A stretch of DNA of 54,558 nucleotides from a virus. Taxonomy: Duplodnaviria > Caudoviricetes. The notes under the pieces were generated by a model. It did no database searches. It was not told the origin of the DNA and saw only the letters and a list, made by a program, of their open reading frames with translations. Positions 52,740 through 54,558 of this stretch are shown piece by piece. Position 1 is the first letter of the stretch. Each line of letters opens with the position of its first letter. The stretch spans positions 1-54,558 of the IMG/VR virus record IMGVR_UViG_3300027974_000045. One strand, given 5' to 3'. The translations under genes and the position numbers were made by a program.

Positions 52740-54558
52740 TCAGACCACCTTTGACGTGAGCACGCTCACGATTTTCGGGGCGGTGGGGCTGATGCCCACG
52801 GCGTCCCGCACGGCGGACGGGTTGATCTCCCAGACCTTCACGGGCCCGGCCAAGCTGCTGTATTGGTTCGTGCCGCGGCCCAGCGACATGCGCTTGACCT
52901 CCGGCGCTGCGAAGCTGTGACGCACCAGCTCGTCGTGGATGACCTTCATGGACACCCCCTTGCGGCTGCACCACTCCCTGACAGCCGCCACGCTGATGAA
53001 CAGTTTCTCCGAGCTGTAGCGGTCGGGCAGGATGGAGCGGCCGGTGATGACGCCCCCCTTGGGGTGGCAGGCCACCGTTGCGGCCGCGCCGTGGGTCAGG
53101 TTGCCCTCGCCCTCGGTGACCAGCACCCCGGCCCAGATGTCGGTGAGCATGTCGGCGAACTGCTCGACAGGCTTGCTGACCGACGAGATCATCTGGCCGC
53201 GGTTCTTCTCCAGCTCGAGCAGTATCCAGTCGAACATGGCGTTGACGTCGAACGACACCAGCCCGAGCTTGCGGCAGATGACCAGCGACGTGAGGGTGCA
53301 GGCATGGAGCATCGACCAGTAGCGCTCGGCCTGCATGATCTTGGCGCGCTGGTTGAACACCCGCCGCATCTCGAACAGCATGGCCTGCACCTTGTCCTTG
53401 TTGTCGACGAGGTACTGCGCGTAGACCCGGCCGGCGTGGCCGTAGTTGTCGCTGAAGCTGGCGAACAGGGGGTCGGCTACGTTGGGCGGGATGGTGCTTT
53501 TCTTTGTGAGGGTGAACTCCCACAGGCGGGCCAGTTCCGCCTCGGCGTTGGCGCGGTGGAGTGACAGCTTGTCGCTGAGCAGGTTGTTGCCCGACGCCGC
53601 CACGATCGTCGACCAGTGCAGGCTCTCGCGCTCGCCGCCCTCGGCCCGCATCCGCAGCTTGCCCTGTCCGGCCGAGGCCGCATAGACCAGCTGCGATGCG
53701 AACTCGGGCTTGCAGTTCGTCATCTCGTCGATGACGCCCGGCAGGTTGTGCATGATGCCGAGGTGCTGCCACAGGGCGTTCTCGGTGTAGCTGCTCTCAC
53801 GCAGCAGCAGCTCGCTGGCCTTGCCCCATGCCGACAGGCCGACCATCTGGGCGGTGGTCTTGCCGTAGCCGGAGCCGGAGCTGTGGGCGAAGACCGTGAC
53901 CCCGCCGTTCTGGCCCCAGAGCCGCCACAGGGGGGCGGCGAACGCCACCAGCACGCAGAACTGCAGGCCCTCCTCGCCCGGCCTGTTGTAGGCCCGGTCG
54001 ACGTTGGTGACCCACGTCTGCAGGTCACCGCCCGTGACGAGGTGGCGGGCCTTGGGGGTGGCGTCCGAGTGAACCACGGCGGCGCGCATGCCACCCTTGG
54101 CCACGTAGTCCTTGCCGATGACGAAGTCGTCGCCATGCCAGCCGAACTGGCGGATGGCCGGGGTCTTGGTGTAGCCGTCCTGCAGGGCGCTGATCCACTC
54201 CAGCAGGTAGCGGTCCACCTCGGGGCGGGCGGCCGGGCCCACCGCGATCTCTTGGGATGCCAGTGCTGCGCTCAACGGCTTGCCTCCTTCGGCGACCAGA
54301 CTGTGAGGGATGACGAAGTCCTTCTCGTCACCGTTGGGGTATATAGCATGGATGTTCATCTCGAACTTGCTGTCGGTGCTCTCGATCCGAACCGTCGGGT
54401 AGAACAGGATGTTGGAGAAACCCTGCCGGGCCCACGTGACCTGCCCGGTGTCGGGGTCTTCCTCGCGCACCGAGCGCCAGAGCATCTTGTCTGCGTGGCC
54501 CGGCACCACGCCGAAGCCATAGCCGTCAGGGAATGTCAGGGGCGGGGGGGCGGGGGCA
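52740..54558 (-). CDS. C-terminal part of primase-helicase (DUF927-like P-loop helicase domain)
   Basis: Walker A SSGSGYGKTT, Walker B VIDEMT, upstream QFGW motif; open frame through 54558 into the N-terminal half. Confidence 0.85.
   Translation of the reverse strand, partial: APAPPPLTFPDGYGFGVVPGHADKMLWRSVREEDPDTGQVTWARQGFSNILFYPTVRIESTDSKFEMNIHAIYPNGDEKDFVIPHSLVAEGGKPLSAALASQEIAVGPAARPEVDRYLLEWISALQDGYTKTPAIRQFGWHGDDFVIGKDYVAKGGMRAAVVHSDATPKARHLVTGGDLQTWVTNVDRAYNRPGEEGLQFCVLVAFAAPLWRLWGQNGGVTVFAHSSGSGYGKTTAQMVGLSAWGKASELLLRESSYTENALWQHLGIMHNLPGVIDEMTNCKPEFASQLVYAASAGQGKLRMRAEGGERESLHWSTIVAASGNNLLSDKLSLHRANAEAELARLWEFTLTKKSTIPPNVADPLFASFSDNYGHAGRVYAQYLVDNKDKVQAMLFEMRRVFNQRAKIMQAERYWSMLHACTLTSLVICRKLGLVSFDVNAMFDWILLELEKNRGQMISSVSKPVEQFADMLTDIWAGVLVTEGEGNLTHGAAATVACHPKGGVITGRSILPDRYSSEKLFISVAAVREWCSRKGVSMKVIHDELVRHSFAAPEVKRMSLGRGTNQYSSLAGPVKVWEINPSAVRDAVGISPTAPKIVSVLTSKVV
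54535..54558. repeat. 24-bp direct terminal repeat (second copy)
   Basis: Identical to 1-24. Confidence 0.95.

Overview
The window looks like a complete, circularly permuted, GC-rich tailed-phage genome with podovirus-type virion genes; the first 24 bp equal the last 24 bp, giving about 54,534 bp unique. The host is probably an alphaproteobacterium (inference). The minus-strand arm (17.5 kb down to 1, wrapping to 52.7 kb) holds an early array of small genes, an AAA+/vWA-metallopeptidase module, a DnaA-domain-IV-like protein, family A DNA polymerase, an HslV-like peptidase, a PD-(D/E)XK nuclease, VRR-NUC, a displaced spanin pair, an SNF2 helicase, a probable SSB, an XRE HTH and a primase-helicase split by the window ends. 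The plus-strand arm (18.5-52.6 kb) holds terminase, portal, scaffold, capsid, adaptors, tail spike and fibre, lysis genes, three ejection proteins including a 3072-aa polyvalent protein, and a metallophosphoesterase. I saw no integrase, tRNA, CRISPR array or reverse transcriptase. Highlights: (1) about 12 tandem, divergent SH3/KOW-like mini-paralogs; (2) a 15-bp palindrome ATTTACC(C/G)GGTAAAT in 10 copies, all in or bordering the early arm; (3) a candidate ~75-nt sRNA whose loop is perfectly complementary to the primase RBS; (4) three tandem zincin modules and an internal Tat-like signal in the giant protein. All family calls come from motif recognition by eye, not database searches.
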